Positions 40,155-55,936 of a stretch of 64,000 bases of DNA are shown in pieces (within the stretch, counting starts at the first letter, position 1; each line of letters begins with the position of its first letter). This stretch comes from the human T2T-CHM13v2.0 reference genome, Homo sapiens, in the NCBI RefSeq assembly GCF_009914755.1, contig NC_060933.1, one strand, 5' to 3'. The notes under the pieces were generated by a model. It was not told the DNA's origin, searched no databases, and saw nothing but the letters and a program-made list of their open reading frames with translations. Made by a program: the position numbers and the translations under genes.

Positions 40155-40516
40155 TAATAATTACTTTATTTTTCCTAACTTTTGACTTTTTGAGATGTAA
40201 CTTTCCTTGTGTAAGCTGCACAGATTCCGAGTGAGCAGCTCAGTGTCTTTTCACGAGTGGCCCCTCCGCAGATGGGCCGGCCGCTCTGAGGCGAGTGCCG
40301 TGGAGCAGCGCTGGCTGTTCTTGCACCTCGTGGAACAGTTTGTGCTCCCCTGAGTCTGGCTTCTTTTGGAGCAAGAAGTGAGGGAGGTCCCCCTGGAGCC
40401 TTTTGTCATGGGTACAATATGCTTATTTTATCACTGGCACTCATCATGGCGAGTGATTCTGTGTTTATCACTCTGATTCGACAAATGCTACACATTTTTT
40501 AAAAATGGGCCCTCTT

Positions 40517-40869
<353 letters not shown>

Positions 40870-41209
40870 CTAGTCCCTTCCCTAACTGAGCTCAGAGCCT
40901 GGCGGGGAACAGCAGGACAGGAAGGTGCTGGGCTTTGATGGGGCTGTTGAGTGTGGTGTGGCCAGGGAGGGTCAGTCCCAGAGAAAGAAAAGAGAAGAAA
41001 AAGTCACAGTCAAGAGCATGGCCAGGCAAAGGCTCGGAGGTGGGACTGTCAGGGTAGTGTGTGTAGGGAACAGGAATGGGTGAGACAGGCTGGACAGAGT
41101 GGCAAGGAAGAACCTGCAAGGGCTGTGGGCTGCTTTGAGGAGGTGGAGCTTTACCAGGAGCGGGTGGGGCAGTCAGGACAAAGCTTTGAGCAGGTGAGAG
41201 CAATGCTCT

Positions 41210-42500
<1,291 letters not shown>

Positions 42501-43409
42501 GAAAACATGGAAACAAATCACCCCGTCCGTGTTCAGCCAAGATGAGCTCTGATTGGCTGCACCCCCTGGTCCTGGAGCCAATGAGGACGCAGAGTCCTTC
42601 TAGTGCAGGTGACATCATCCTGGGCATATTTTATGTGGCATTAGAAATCCAATAATGATCATTTCAAGAGATTCTGCAGAAGAAATGTCCCAAACACAAT
42701 GCGGCTGCCTGATGGTCTGAAATCCGTGCATTTCTGTGGTAGAGTGAGTAGGAAGTGGGGGTGCTTCTCCCTCTTTGGCCGCAATTGTGTTTTGAGGAGT
42801 CCAATCATCATCGATTACTTATTTATGTGATTAATCTCCTTAGGAAAGAAGGCACTTGTCCCTATTTTACACAGGAGGAAGCAGAGAGCCCAGGGGATGA
42901 CTCGACCCAGGCACACGGCTGATGGATTGATGAACGGCAGAGCTGGCCTCAGACCACAGGCAACTCTGGGTGTGTCCACCCACCTCTGCCAGATCCAATC
43001 GCACTGGCCCAGGAAGGGAGGCGAGGGGGTGGGGAGCATATGAGGATGAGGGTTCCCCCAGCACTGGGAGGCCCTTGAGCTCACTTGGCCCAGGTGGGGC
43101 AAAGTCACGCTGTGGCTGGGGTGCCCTGAGCCATGCTGGGCCAGAAGTCATCCCGTGCAGGTGGGAGGGATCCCTGGGCTCTGGGTCCTGGCTCTCTGTC
43201 CGTCTCTGTCATCAGCCTCACACGGGGCGCTACTCATCACACTCCTCGCTGGTGTGCAGGGCTGCTGCTCCGCATGATAATGGAACATGATGCCTCTTGC
43301 CAGGTTTATTTGGCTGGGAGTGGTGGTGGATGTCAGTCAATTTCTGGTGCCCCTTTGCCCAGATGTGAATGTGGTACCTGTACACCCTGGGAGAAGAGGG
43401 TGTTTGTTG

Positions 43410-44180
43410 TAAAGTGTACTGGGATGTGTTTTAATCAGGTATGGTAAGGTGGCAGACATGAAGAGGCCAATGCCATTGAAAGTGTGTTTACTGGCCGGGC
43501 ATGGTGGCTCATGCCGGTAGTCCCAGCACTTTTGGAGGCTGAGGTGGGGGATCACTTGGGTTCAGGAGTTCGAGACCAGCCTGAGTAAAATAGAGAGACC
43601 CCCCCCCGTTTCTATATTAAAATAATAATAATAAAATAAAAATAAAAAAAGAAAGAGTGATTACTACTCACAGTTTCCTGGAGAAGAGGGTACAGCACGC
43701 CCTGCAGGGCCCCATGGAGAAGCTCCAGGGTCAGGGAGGAGGCAGCTGGAGCTTGGAGGGAACATGGCCCAGAGCCTTCATCATGGTTTCCAAGGGAAGA
43801 AAAAATGGACAAGGCAGAGTGGGCGAGTTCGAGCTCGTGTAGGATTGGATAGATTCTCGGCTAGTTTGAATAATTTGGCAGGCTCCGGGCTGTAGAAGTA
43901 GTGTCTGGTTGTCTGGTACCTGCCCCTGGCCCCCAGGCACTGAGATGAGAGTACCTAGAGTGACTTTGGGCAGGGGAAGTATGGGCTTGGCTGTGAGAAT
44001 TGGATAAAGGAGGCTGGGGATGTACGCTTCGGGGTGGTGGGTTTGCATGTGAAAGTCATGCTCTTTGCTGTCTCTAGGAGTTAGCTAGCCCCGGAAGGGG
44101 CAGTTCCTTCAAGATTAACAAGGCCTCTAAAATGTCAAAGCATCATAAAATACAGAAAGCAAAACTCACGATTGACACAG
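43410..44180 (-). mobile_element. ERVL LTR (MER54/MER73/MER74 group) with an Alu monomer at 43493-43655
   Basis: Minus strand starts tctgtattttatgatgctttgacat...ggaactgccccttccggggctagctaactcctagagacagcaaa. Confidence 0.65.
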
Positions 44181-44549
44181 CTGGCCCATGGGCACCTCGT
44201 CCAGGTGTCTTCAGGCTGGGGCCCCATCGACCTTTGCTCCCGACTCTGAGGCTCCATCATGCCTGGCAGCCTCTCAGGCTTCAGTGTCACTCTTGGGCAC
44301 ACGGGAATCACCAGGCTGCGGGGCACCACGGCATGGAGAAGAGAGAGCCTTGAGGTCCTCTGCTCATGAGCCACACAGCTGGGGGCTCCCACAAGCCTGT
44401 CTAGGGTGCTGTTGTCCTTTTCGCCCTGTCCCGGTCTAGAGGCAGAGCCCCCTTGTTAAAGACCCACAGGATCTCCTTGCTCCGTACCCTTGGTCTCTGG
44501 AATCTGCTCTAGGACCTGCCTGAGCTCCTGCTAAGGCATCCTCTCCCCA

Positions 44550-44770
44550 GAGCAGTGGGGGCTGCTGGCCTCAACCAGGGTCATTTGGTAATGGGTGGGA
44601 CATTTTTGGTTGTCGCCTGGGGAGGGGTTGACAGGGTTGGGGAGCAGATCGGTTTTATAACCACGGGCACAGGCTAGGAAGGCCAAACATCCCTCAAGGC
44701 ACGGAATAGTCACCCGACATGGAGAATTGTCCCATCCCAAGTTCCAGTAGCGCCCTTGTTTGAGAAATGC
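44550..44770 (+). mobile_element. hAT-Charlie element (MER20-like)
   Basis: gacatttttggttgtc...aaacatcc...gaattgtcc...tgagaaa. Confidence 0.6.
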
Positions 44771-45591
44771 AAGCTCCCTGCACATGGGGCAGGGTTGGGA
44801 CTTGTTAGGAAACACAGAGGGGCAAATATCGTGGTTACTTTGATCAAATCTCATCCTCCTGCCTCAGCTCCTTGCAGGAGAGAAAACTGAGGCCAGGAGT
44901 GCCCACGGGAAGTGCTGAGATCACACGGCCATGAAGTCACTGGGCAGGGACTTCAGTTCACACCTGTCTCCCTCTGGAGCCTCCAACTGTGACCGCCTCA
45001 TCCAGAAAACCCTCGGAGTGACAGGGCCCTGTTGGGGGAGGTGGACCCAGGCCCCTTCCCGCAGGAAACTCCTTCCACAGCCTGTCCGAGGTTGTGACCC
45101 CAAATCGTCCCCTCTTGACCTGCAGTTGGGCCCCTGCTATGCTGCCTGGCGTCCACTGTGGCTGAATGAGTGCCGTGGGCTTATGGGGACCCTAAGAGAG
45201 TTAAGGAACAAATGGTTAGGGGTGGTTGGCAGGGGTGGATAGAGGGGAATCCGTCCTGGTTCTGGAGCCTGAGACCTGCTTGTAAGGGTCGGCCCTGATT
45301 TGCTGTGTGACCCAGGGTTGCTCCTGTGCCTCTCTGTGCTCCATTCCTCCTCCGCATACCCGCCTCACAGAGCGGTCAAGGGCCCCCTCGGGATTGCTAC
45401 ACACCGTGGGAAGGTCAGGGGACAGCATGGGTGGCATCTGACAGGGGGCCCTACTGCAGATGATTCATTGTGTGCCTGCTCTGAGCCAAGCCCTGGGGCC
45501 GGCACTGGTGACCCAGTGGTGGCCAGACAGGCAAAGCCCTTGTCCTCACAGGTTGCCCAGACCCCTTCTGGTGGGTGATGGTTACATACCC

Positions 45592-46323
<732 letters not shown>

Positions 46324-46374
46324 CCCCCAATATATGAACGTGCATTTGGAGTCGTGAGTGCAGCAGCCCCCTAG

Positions 46375-46550
46375 GAGCTGATACCACTGAAAATACGAGA
46401 CACCCAATTAAATTTGAATTTCAGATAAACAATGAATAATTTTTTCGCATACACTGCATGGGACATACTTATTATACTAAAACAATCCATTGTTTATCTG
46501 AAATTCAAATTTAACTGGGCGTCCTGGATTTGCATTTGCTAGATCTGGCC
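46375..46550. mobile_element. MER53-like palindromic DNA element
   Basis: 32 bp inverted arms at 46403-46434 and 46488-46519 (1 mismatch). Confidence 0.8.
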
Positions 46551-47384
46551 ACGTGGCCTGGCATCTAAGGCTGTGACTCCCATCCGACAGAGGTTCAAGG
46601 ACAGAGACCAGCCTGGAAGCCGAGAAGGGGGTGAGAGCCTGAGGCTGCTTCCCAGGCCTGAGCTGCTCTCCCCAAACGGTTCCCATCTCCCGCACAAACA
46701 TATTTATTGGGCCTGATGGCAAACAGATTATGCTTGTCCCAGGAAGGGCAGCTCCAAAGAGAAAACCTTGAAGTCCGGGAAATAATGATGAGGGAGTTAA
46801 ATTAAAGTGCATAAAACCCTCCCGAGAGATAACGTCAGGGTGAGTTACAGGCCCGATAAGGGACTGGGGGCTTGCAGAGGGGGCTCAGAAAGGTCGCCCA
46901 GCGGCGCACAGAGGACCAGGAATCATAAATATGGGGCAAGACGCCCAGCCGGGGTCGCCGGGGTGAAAATATTGGGGTCATTCCAAAAACAATTATCCTG
47001 CTTGGTTTGCTCTTCAGGTCTTGTAAATCTTTCACCTTTTATAAAAGATTTCTGGAGAAGGAAGCACTCTGGAAGTCTTAACTGATTTTTGTGGCTGCTT
47101 CTTGGTGGTTCTGCTGAAGGAAAACAAAAAGACAGAGGAAAATGAAATTACCCAGCATTCTCAGAGGCACAGGGCTGGGCTGACTGGTTTTCTCTTATTC
47201 TTTGGAGAATTTGGGCTGCCTTGGGTTTTGAGTCCTCCCATTTACAGTCTTGACACCATTTAACAGTTCGTTTGTTCTGTTTTGAAGCCAGTTGCAGCAG
47301 GGCTTTCACTGCCCAGTGGGCCCTGTTCTATGGGGCCAACTTGGCAGCCATCTTGACTGGAGGCAGCCATCTTGGCAGAAGCGG

Positions 47385-47519
47385 TGCCCGTTCTGACTGA
47401 AGTGCAGCCGTCTTAACTGAGGGGCGTTCCTGGTGGCTAACAGGTACCCAGATGCTCGTTCTGACCGAAGTGCAGCCACCTTGACTGACGGGGTTCGTGG
47501 TGGCCGACATGTACCCAGG
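47385..47519 (+). repeat. Diverged ~68 bp tandem duplication
   Basis: 47385-47452 versus 47453-47519 (tgc.cgttctgac.gaagtgcagcc...gtacccag). Confidence 0.8.
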
Positions 47520-47729
47520 CTCGTGTGCCCAGGCAGAGCTCCTGAAGCTGGAGAATGGGTCTAGGCCACGCCTGGCCTCGTGCTCACGGCTCCAGCTGCA
47601 TCCCCTGCCTTCCTATTGTCTGCCCAAGGGCACCCTTGGTCCAGTCCTGTCCTCTGTGGCTCTGTCTGTGTTCTGGGCTTCTCAGTTGCACCAGCAGAAG
47701 GCAGTCATTTGTCCCACAAATGTTTTTTA

Positions 47730-47957
<228 letters not shown>

Positions 47958-48089
47958 CTAATGCCTCATCCTCAGCTGAGGGCGTCATCTTCTGGGTGGC
48001 TTTTTCCTAGGTTTCCCTGTCCCCCTCCGCACGTGCACAGCCACAAAACCGGCTCTCCTCAGAAATCTCTCTCCTATCGACTACCTCAT

Positions 48090-48240
48090 TTATTTCTCAC
48101 AACCCTGTAGAGGAGGGATTACTAGCGCATTTGACAGATGAGGAAACTGAGGCTCAGAGGGTGAAGTGACTGGCCTGGTGTCACACAGATAGGGGAGGAG
48201 GCAGAGCTGGGAGTTCAACACCGACCTGTACAGCTCCAGA
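48090..48240 (-). mobile_element. MIR
   Basis: acagatgaggaaactgaggctcagagg. Confidence 0.75.
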
Positions 48241-50399
48241 ACGGCGCTCTTGGTGTCCCGTGCCTTAGCTGTGTGCCCTGGCGGACTCACTGGGCACCCT
48301 GAGCCTTGCTCTCCTCATCTGCGCACGGGATACATGTTCTAGGCCTGCGTGGGGCGTGCGGGCGGGAGCCATGCGTGCGGGGCGTGCGGGCGGGAGCTGC
48401 AGGCGGGGGCTGAGGCTTGGAGTCTGGAAAGCATTCTAGGGGTGGAAGCCAGAGCTTCTCTGTGTGTGTGAGAAAGAGTATCCCCATTCAGCTTTCATGG
48501 TCTGGCACCTCCCACCACAATAGAATTATTCAAACTGAGTTAATTTGCTGAGTGGGACTTGGGGCTCCTTCAGGTTCAAGCCAGATTGAGGTGTGGGAGA
48601 GGGGTAGCAAGGGGGTGGCCAAGTGGCCTGAGAGTGTCCCATGGGAACACCCGCCCACCCATTCATTCATTCATGCATGCATGCATTCATTCAACAAACC
48701 TTATTTTGTGCCAGGCCTGCTCTGGGCGCTGGGGATACAGTGAGAGGGGAACAAGTCAGATTCGAGTCCTCCCCCACCAGAGCTCCTATCCCGGGGCAGG
48801 AGACAGACTGGAGCTAGGGAGGCCCGGGAGGAGGCCACTGCTATGTGGTCCAGGAGAGTGATGGTGGCACCCGGATGGAGGCAAGAGTGGCCCTGAGGAT
48901 CCCATGGAAGTGTAAAGGGTGACTCAGCCTCAGCGAGGTGAAGGGACTTGCCCAGGGTCACACAGTTAACAGGCGGTGGCGCCAGTTTGTCTGACTGGAG
49001 ACCGCGCTGTCAGCCGGCCACTGCCACGGCTCCCGAAACAGCATCGCCCATACCGAGTCCCGAGCTACCCCAGCTCTAGACATGCGTGCATGCACTTCGG
49101 TCACAAGTGTGCCTGGGGAAGTTGCGTGTCACCCCCTTCTTGGAACACAGTGCACAGTGGCCCGTTGAAGGCTCTGAGGGACCCCGCAGGAGCAAAAACT
49201 GCCATGTTCAGCGTGGAGTTCCCAGACCTCTGTGGCCATGGAACCTTTTGGACACTTTTTAACATACGTTCTAGTCATTGGATATTTGTTGAGTGTGTGC
49301 TACATGCCAGAGACTGATGAGCAGAGCTGGCTTGGTCCCTGTCATCTGGGAGCGATGGCCTGTGAGGCCCCTTCCCTGGGCCCCACCACAAGAGGGAGCC
49401 CCAGGGCAGGAAGGCTGCTTGTCCTCCCTGCAGCCCCTCCCGCCTCTGGGAGTCAGTGCTCAGAGGTGGGGCCGCGGCAGCTGGGTGGGGGTGGCCCTGG
49501 GAGGCCTAGTAGTCTTTGGTCTGGAGGCCATGGGCGTCCTCACCACCGGTGTGACAAGGAGACCAAGAAGGAGAGGTGACACCAACCCAGCCCTCAGTGA
49601 AAGGGTGTGTGGCTTGGCCCTTGGGCCTGGCTGGCTGGATCCTGTGCTGAGGGCTGGGCTCATAGGGGATTCCCTCTGGTGGCATCCCCCATCATGGGTT
49701 TCCACTCCTGCATCAAAGTGTCTTGACTAAGATGTTGACTTCATGGGATCAAAGCCACCCAGCTTGGCAGTCTCTTCCCCAGATGCTCTGGAAACCAGCC
49801 AAGACAGCCCAGGCAGGCTTCCTGGAGGAAGAGGTCCTGGAGTCAGGCCAGAGGGAACAGCCCAGCCCAGGCACCTGTGGGGAGGCTGCAGATAGTGATG
49901 GTGACAACCAAGGGCTTGGGGAGGGGCCAGAGAATCCACTTCCAATATTGGCCCCGCCTTGGCAGCTGTGCACCTTGGGAAAACAACATGACTGCTGCAG
50001 GCCTCGATGTCCTCATCTGTAAAATGGGATGATGACAGACCTGGAGGTGGCCCTTCAGGCCCTCACCCACGGTGGCCCAGGGGAAGATTCCGCTGCTGGC
50101 AGCATGGGCCTGGGAGAGGAGACAGGGCTGCTCACATTTGCCTTCCCCTCTGAAGAGTGGGGCTTGGGAAAATACTCCTTGACCTGAAAAAGCCTCAACT
50201 GGACGCTCCTGTGGGTCCGTCACAGATACGACTTTGCAAATCAGATGTGACAGGGAAATGTGTGCTGAGATGGTGGCCAGCTGCTGGGCTGCGGGGGAGG
50301 GGCTGCTGAGGGACCCACACGGCCTCCTCCGAGAACAGACGCCTCTGCCAGGCCATGTGGAGCGCAGGTGTGCGGGGCCGGCCGCTCTTGGATTAAAGT

Positions 50400-50568
50400 C
50401 ACACACACACACACACACACACACACGCCAGGTGCATACACTTAAACTCACGTGCATGTACACACATGCAGAAACTCACAACACATACACTCACACATGG
50501 TTACATGCACACACTTGCACACACATGCTCACAGAGACACACACAGACACACCCACACGAGGACACAC
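50400..50568. repeat. (CA)n microsatellite plus CA-rich tail
   Basis: ~13 perfect CA units at 50400-50426, then degenerate. Confidence 0.85.
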
Positions 50569-52449
50569 TGGGAGGAAGTGTTCGGGATTGGAGCCCAAGC
50601 CAGGTCCAGGTCCATGAATGCCCTTTCCTTCCTTCTCCCTTTAGGTCTTGCCGTAGTGAAATGATGCTAAGAACCCCTGCTTTTGGGGGATTTTGAAAAA
50701 ATAATTTTAAAAAGTATTTGCACTGTGATTGGCACCTAGGAACAGCTGAAGAGGCCCGCCCACTCCGGCTGTCCCCTGCCCCTTTCCTTCACTCTAGGGT
50801 GGCTGCTGAGGTCCCTGACCATGGAAGGTGGGCACATGGGTGGCGAGCTGGCCTCCATGTCTGGGAGGTGCGGCGCTGTGGCTGTCCGCCAGGAGCTGGC
50901 TCTGTGATAGCCCAGGAATCTGTGTCAAGTCACGAAGGGCCCCTCACAGCCTCTGGGCAGGGACACACAAAAGTCCCTCCCCGCAAACCCAGAGACCTCC
51001 TTTCCCAAGGGGAGAAACCAGCAATGCGAGAGGAGTGCCGAGAACCCCTCTTTCTGTGGTGAGTGGGGGACTCACACGGTTCCCATGATGGGGACCCTTT
51101 GGCTGGGGTCTTCATGCAGGTTGACCTCTCGGCCCCTGTGGCCAGGGCACCCGAGCCCGGACTCACCCCATCACACCTCTCACTGAGAACGGGTTGCACT
51201 TGTGCCCCAACTCCTCCCCTTGGCGAATTCCTCTTGGGGTTCCTTGCCTCAGAATCTGTCCTCCCCAGGTGTCCTCCACTGTCACCCTCCAATGGGATGC
51301 ATCAGGGCCGGGGCAGCTTTTCCCCAGGCATGTTCTCAGGCCCGGGCTACAGACAGGACACGGGGAGAACGTGTCCACCTCCACTCCCCAGCTGCCTGCT
51401 GCAGACATCTGGTCACCCGGGCACTAGAGGATGGGTCAAAGCCCTGGACTGTGAGTTCCCCAAGGAAGGCTCTGACTCGGGTCCTTTCTCTACCTTCAGG
51501 GCCCTCTTGAGGCCTGGTGCAGGGCTGGCGTCAGTGGACACGTGTTGAATGAGCACTGAATGCTTACGTTCGTCCTGGGTGGGAACCCACCTCCCACCAG
51601 GAAACTGCTCTCATCTTCTTAGTGGCCGCCTGCCCCACTGAGCCCGAATTAGGAGGGAATCCTCGGGCTTCCTCTGGGCAGGCTTCGGAAGGGTTCCCGC
51701 CTGGTCCCCGCGTTCCCCCAGCATCCTGCACGGATGCAGCTCACTCCACCAGTGCCTTCCCCTGCCGGGATGCAGACGCTCTTTATAAATCTCAATTAAC
51801 AAGGCTGCTGCAGTCACAGACACTGGTTGGAGCCCAAACTGTGGCTCATCTCTGTTGATCAATGCATCCAACCCTGCCCTGAAAGTGATGAGAAGGCAGA
51901 GCCGTGCGTCTCACCAGATTCTTTGTCTCCACATTGTACATTCCCTGTTCTGGTTAACAACTGCAGACCACTGGCTGCCACTGGGCCGGGCCCTCCCTGT
52001 GTAGGATCTCAGTGCATCTTCCCAGCAGCCCTGTGAGGGAGGTTATTTCTGTCCCCATTTCACGGACAGGTCCTCAGAAAGATTGAGAGATTCACCCAAA
52101 GACCCTGGCCTGGGGACTCACGGTGCAGCTCAGCCCAGGCTGGTGGGGTGTGTGCCTCAGGCCTCAGCCTCCTGAGTCTAGGGGGACATGAATCCCCCAG
52201 CCTCACCTCCCCCAAAGGTAACTGTGAGCACCCATCCCTGCCATTTCAGGGCCTTCCCCTGGCTGTCCTTGGCCTAGTCCCAGGAGGAGGGGCTGGACAG
52301 ACAGAAGGAACAGGAGGCTGCACCTCACGGGCCAAGCCTGGGGACTTACACACACCCCGTGGGGGTCCCTGCATCATCAGGTGATTGATAGCTCCTAGGA
52401 GCTGGGGTGGGGTGCAGATCAGTCAAAACAAAACAAAAATGATGGTTCA

Positions 52450-52764
<315 letters not shown>

Positions 52765-55608
52765 TCACCCAGATGCACAGATGGGGTGACATTCTAGCCA
52801 TCATACGTATGTCAGTTTTGTAAGGGGCATGACAAACCTTGTCCTCGAACCCACTTAGACAGGTAACAGCACTGGCTTAGCTCCTGTAACTCAACGTTTA
52901 TGCGCAGGCTCCATTCCAGCAGCCCAGTGGGGAACTTTACTTCCTCCTCTCAAGGAACCTGCCCCGCCAGAGTGGTGTCAGGTCTCTCAGGCGATGCCGA
53001 GGCTGGGGGGCCCTGGTCCCTGAGTCAGCTGCTGGCGGGTTGCTGTGGGAGCAGGACCTGGGCCTGCCCATGGCTCCTGTGGCCCGGGGCCCCCTCTGCT
53101 CCCAGTCCTGCCAGGACCCCTCCCTGCCTCTCTGCCAGCCCTAGCACTCACATGTCACCACTGCACTCACATGTCACCAGCGGCTCTCAGCAAGGCCAGC
53201 CAATTCACCCTGGAAGTTACCTCCTCTGTGGAGCCGATAACCTCTTTTCCTGTGAATTCACCCAGAACACCTGTGCATGAACTCTAACCTTGGTCCCATT
53301 TTGGGCAAGGAGACCGGCATGGATAAGCATGACAAAGTCACCTGCCAGCAAGTGGCAGCACTAGGATCTGAGCCCAGCCCGTGCAACTGCAGCGCCCCTG
53401 TCCCTGGCCCTTCAGCCATCTGGGCGTCTCCCAGCCTGGGCTCTGCAGCAGATCCTCGGGTCCCCCAGGGATGCCACCAATCATAGCCACGTTTCCCAGC
53501 AGGAAAACCAAGACATTTGACATCTCCCCAGGATTCCAGCGTTTGTCCTGAAGAGTAACTCTCAAGATGAGGTGGGCGTGGTGGTTTAGGGTAACCTTGC
53601 TTCTAGAACTTTCCCTCATAATTTACAGCCTCCCCCAGCCCTTTTCTGCAATGCACATCAGCTAAGCCCTTAAAATAGTCAAGGGCTTGAAGAACGCTAA
53701 CAATTTAATGTATGTTAAAAGGGTATTAAATTCTAAACTAAAATTTACATGGAAATATGACATTAAAATATTTTTAGCTTTCAGGAAGCTGGGGGCTGGA
53801 ATGCTGTAATACAGACAAATTTTATCATTTTAGAAAGAATTAGCCTCAGTTTTTCTTACATTCATGGAGTTAATGCATAAAGATGTGCCTCCTGCCTGGG
53901 GCTACTATGTGGAGGCAGGAAGGGGTAGGGAGGGGAGAGCCAGCAGTGGGGCCCTTAGAGGGAGGGCATAGGCCTTACGTGGGCCCCAGAGCTTCCCTGG
54001 AGGGCTGGGGCTGCCCCAAGGCCCGAGGTCCTGCGACCAGTATGTTTGGGGTGAGGGCCTGGGTTTCCCTAGTGCGTGCCAGGCCCATGCGCTTTATCTC
54101 ATTTACTTCCCATGCAACTCCCTGGAGGTGGGATTCTCTCCCAGTTGCGCAGATGAGAAAATGGCTCAGAGAGGTTGAGTCATGGGTCTGCGGTCACACA
54201 GCACAGAGGTGGATGGATTTTCATTCCTTCTCCAGACCCTCAGCTCAGTCATCAGTCTCGGTGCTGTTTGAACATCCACTGCCCATCTCCTGGGAGTCTG
54301 GGGGGATCCGGCTCCCAAGATGGGGGCAGGTGGGGAGTGGCACAAAGCAGACAGTGAGAGGCTCTGGGGTGAGACTCTGGGCTCCTCTACCTGCCAGCTG
54401 CGAGCCCATGACCCAGAGGGTGACGAGCCCATCTGCAAAGCCCTCAAATGCCAGAGGTCAGGGGTCAGGGAGGCCGTGGGACTTGGTGGTCACAGCAGGG
54501 GGTGCTGATTGAGCGACTGCCCCAAGGAATCCCCAATGAGAGGAGCCTCTTACTATCTCCACTTTACAGATAGGGAAACTGAGGCTCAGAGCGATTAAAG
54601 ACAGTCAGGCTAGCCAACACCAGTCAGGCTAGCCAAGGGGAGGGCCAGGATCCCTACCCCACGCTATGTGGCTTTAGGGCATCGCTGTGTCCTGGTGGCC
54701 TCTGGAGCCCCCAGACCTCCTGGGTGGTGGCTGCCAAGAGGCCCAGTGGGCAGCCCTTTCCAGCCCGGCTGCAGGCACCGATGCTGGGGCAGCAGAGGGG
54801 CTCAGGCAGGTGGCTCCAGCCCCAGGAGAAATCCAGCCAGGGCAGGGGGGCCGGCGTGGGCGGAAATGACCACTCACTGCCTGGTGGGCACCCCCTGGCC
54901 GCCACACCTCTGGGAGGTCACTCATTGGCAGTTAAAAATCTATTGTGACTTGTCAGAAAAATGAATAAATGGGCACATTATTTTTTCATTCCAGACCTCA
55001 GCATCTGTTTGTCTAATCAGGAAGGAGAGTGGGGAAGTCGGCCAGGGCTGCCACGCACGTTTTATGCAAGTTTTCCTCTGTCAGAGGAGTTTAAATGGGT
55101 AATGAACAGGCTGTGGTGATTTGAAATATAATCCCATTATGCTGACGAGATTACCGGGCTTCGAGACTTCACAAATCACTCTTATGGCTGTTATCGAGTA
55201 CAGGGAACACCGCCCTGTTGGGATTTTGCATTTAGGCAGAGGTGTTTGGTGGGAACACAACGCGACGGGTTTAACTCTTTCCTTCTCCCTGGCTGCTTTC
55301 CAAATAGCAGGGGCCTCTGAAAGGGGCTTCTGTGGAGCCTTCAGAATCCAGGGTGTTTGGGCCCCAAGGGCCAAGACAGAGGCCCAGAGAGGCTGGGGGA
55401 CGGCTGGGTGGGGGTGGGAGGCCAGAGAGCAGGACCCTGGGCCAGCTCCACCACTTTCCAATGGCCTGGCCTCAGTTTCCTCATCTGTAAAATGGGAATT
55501 AGGTGGGCATGAGAATAATGGAGAAAACAGTTAATTCATAACTAACACGAGCTGCTCAATAGCAGGTGGGAGGCGGGTGCTGATGAAAGAATAGAAAGTC
55601 CTAACGAG

Positions 55609-55936
<328 letters not shown>

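Noticed and set aside
53883-54512. 209-aa ORF
   Set aside because: Runs through a MIR; no homology recognised and no exon context.
54602-54636. 16 bp direct repeat cagtcaggctagccaa
   Set aside because: Simple slippage duplication with two copies; not an array.
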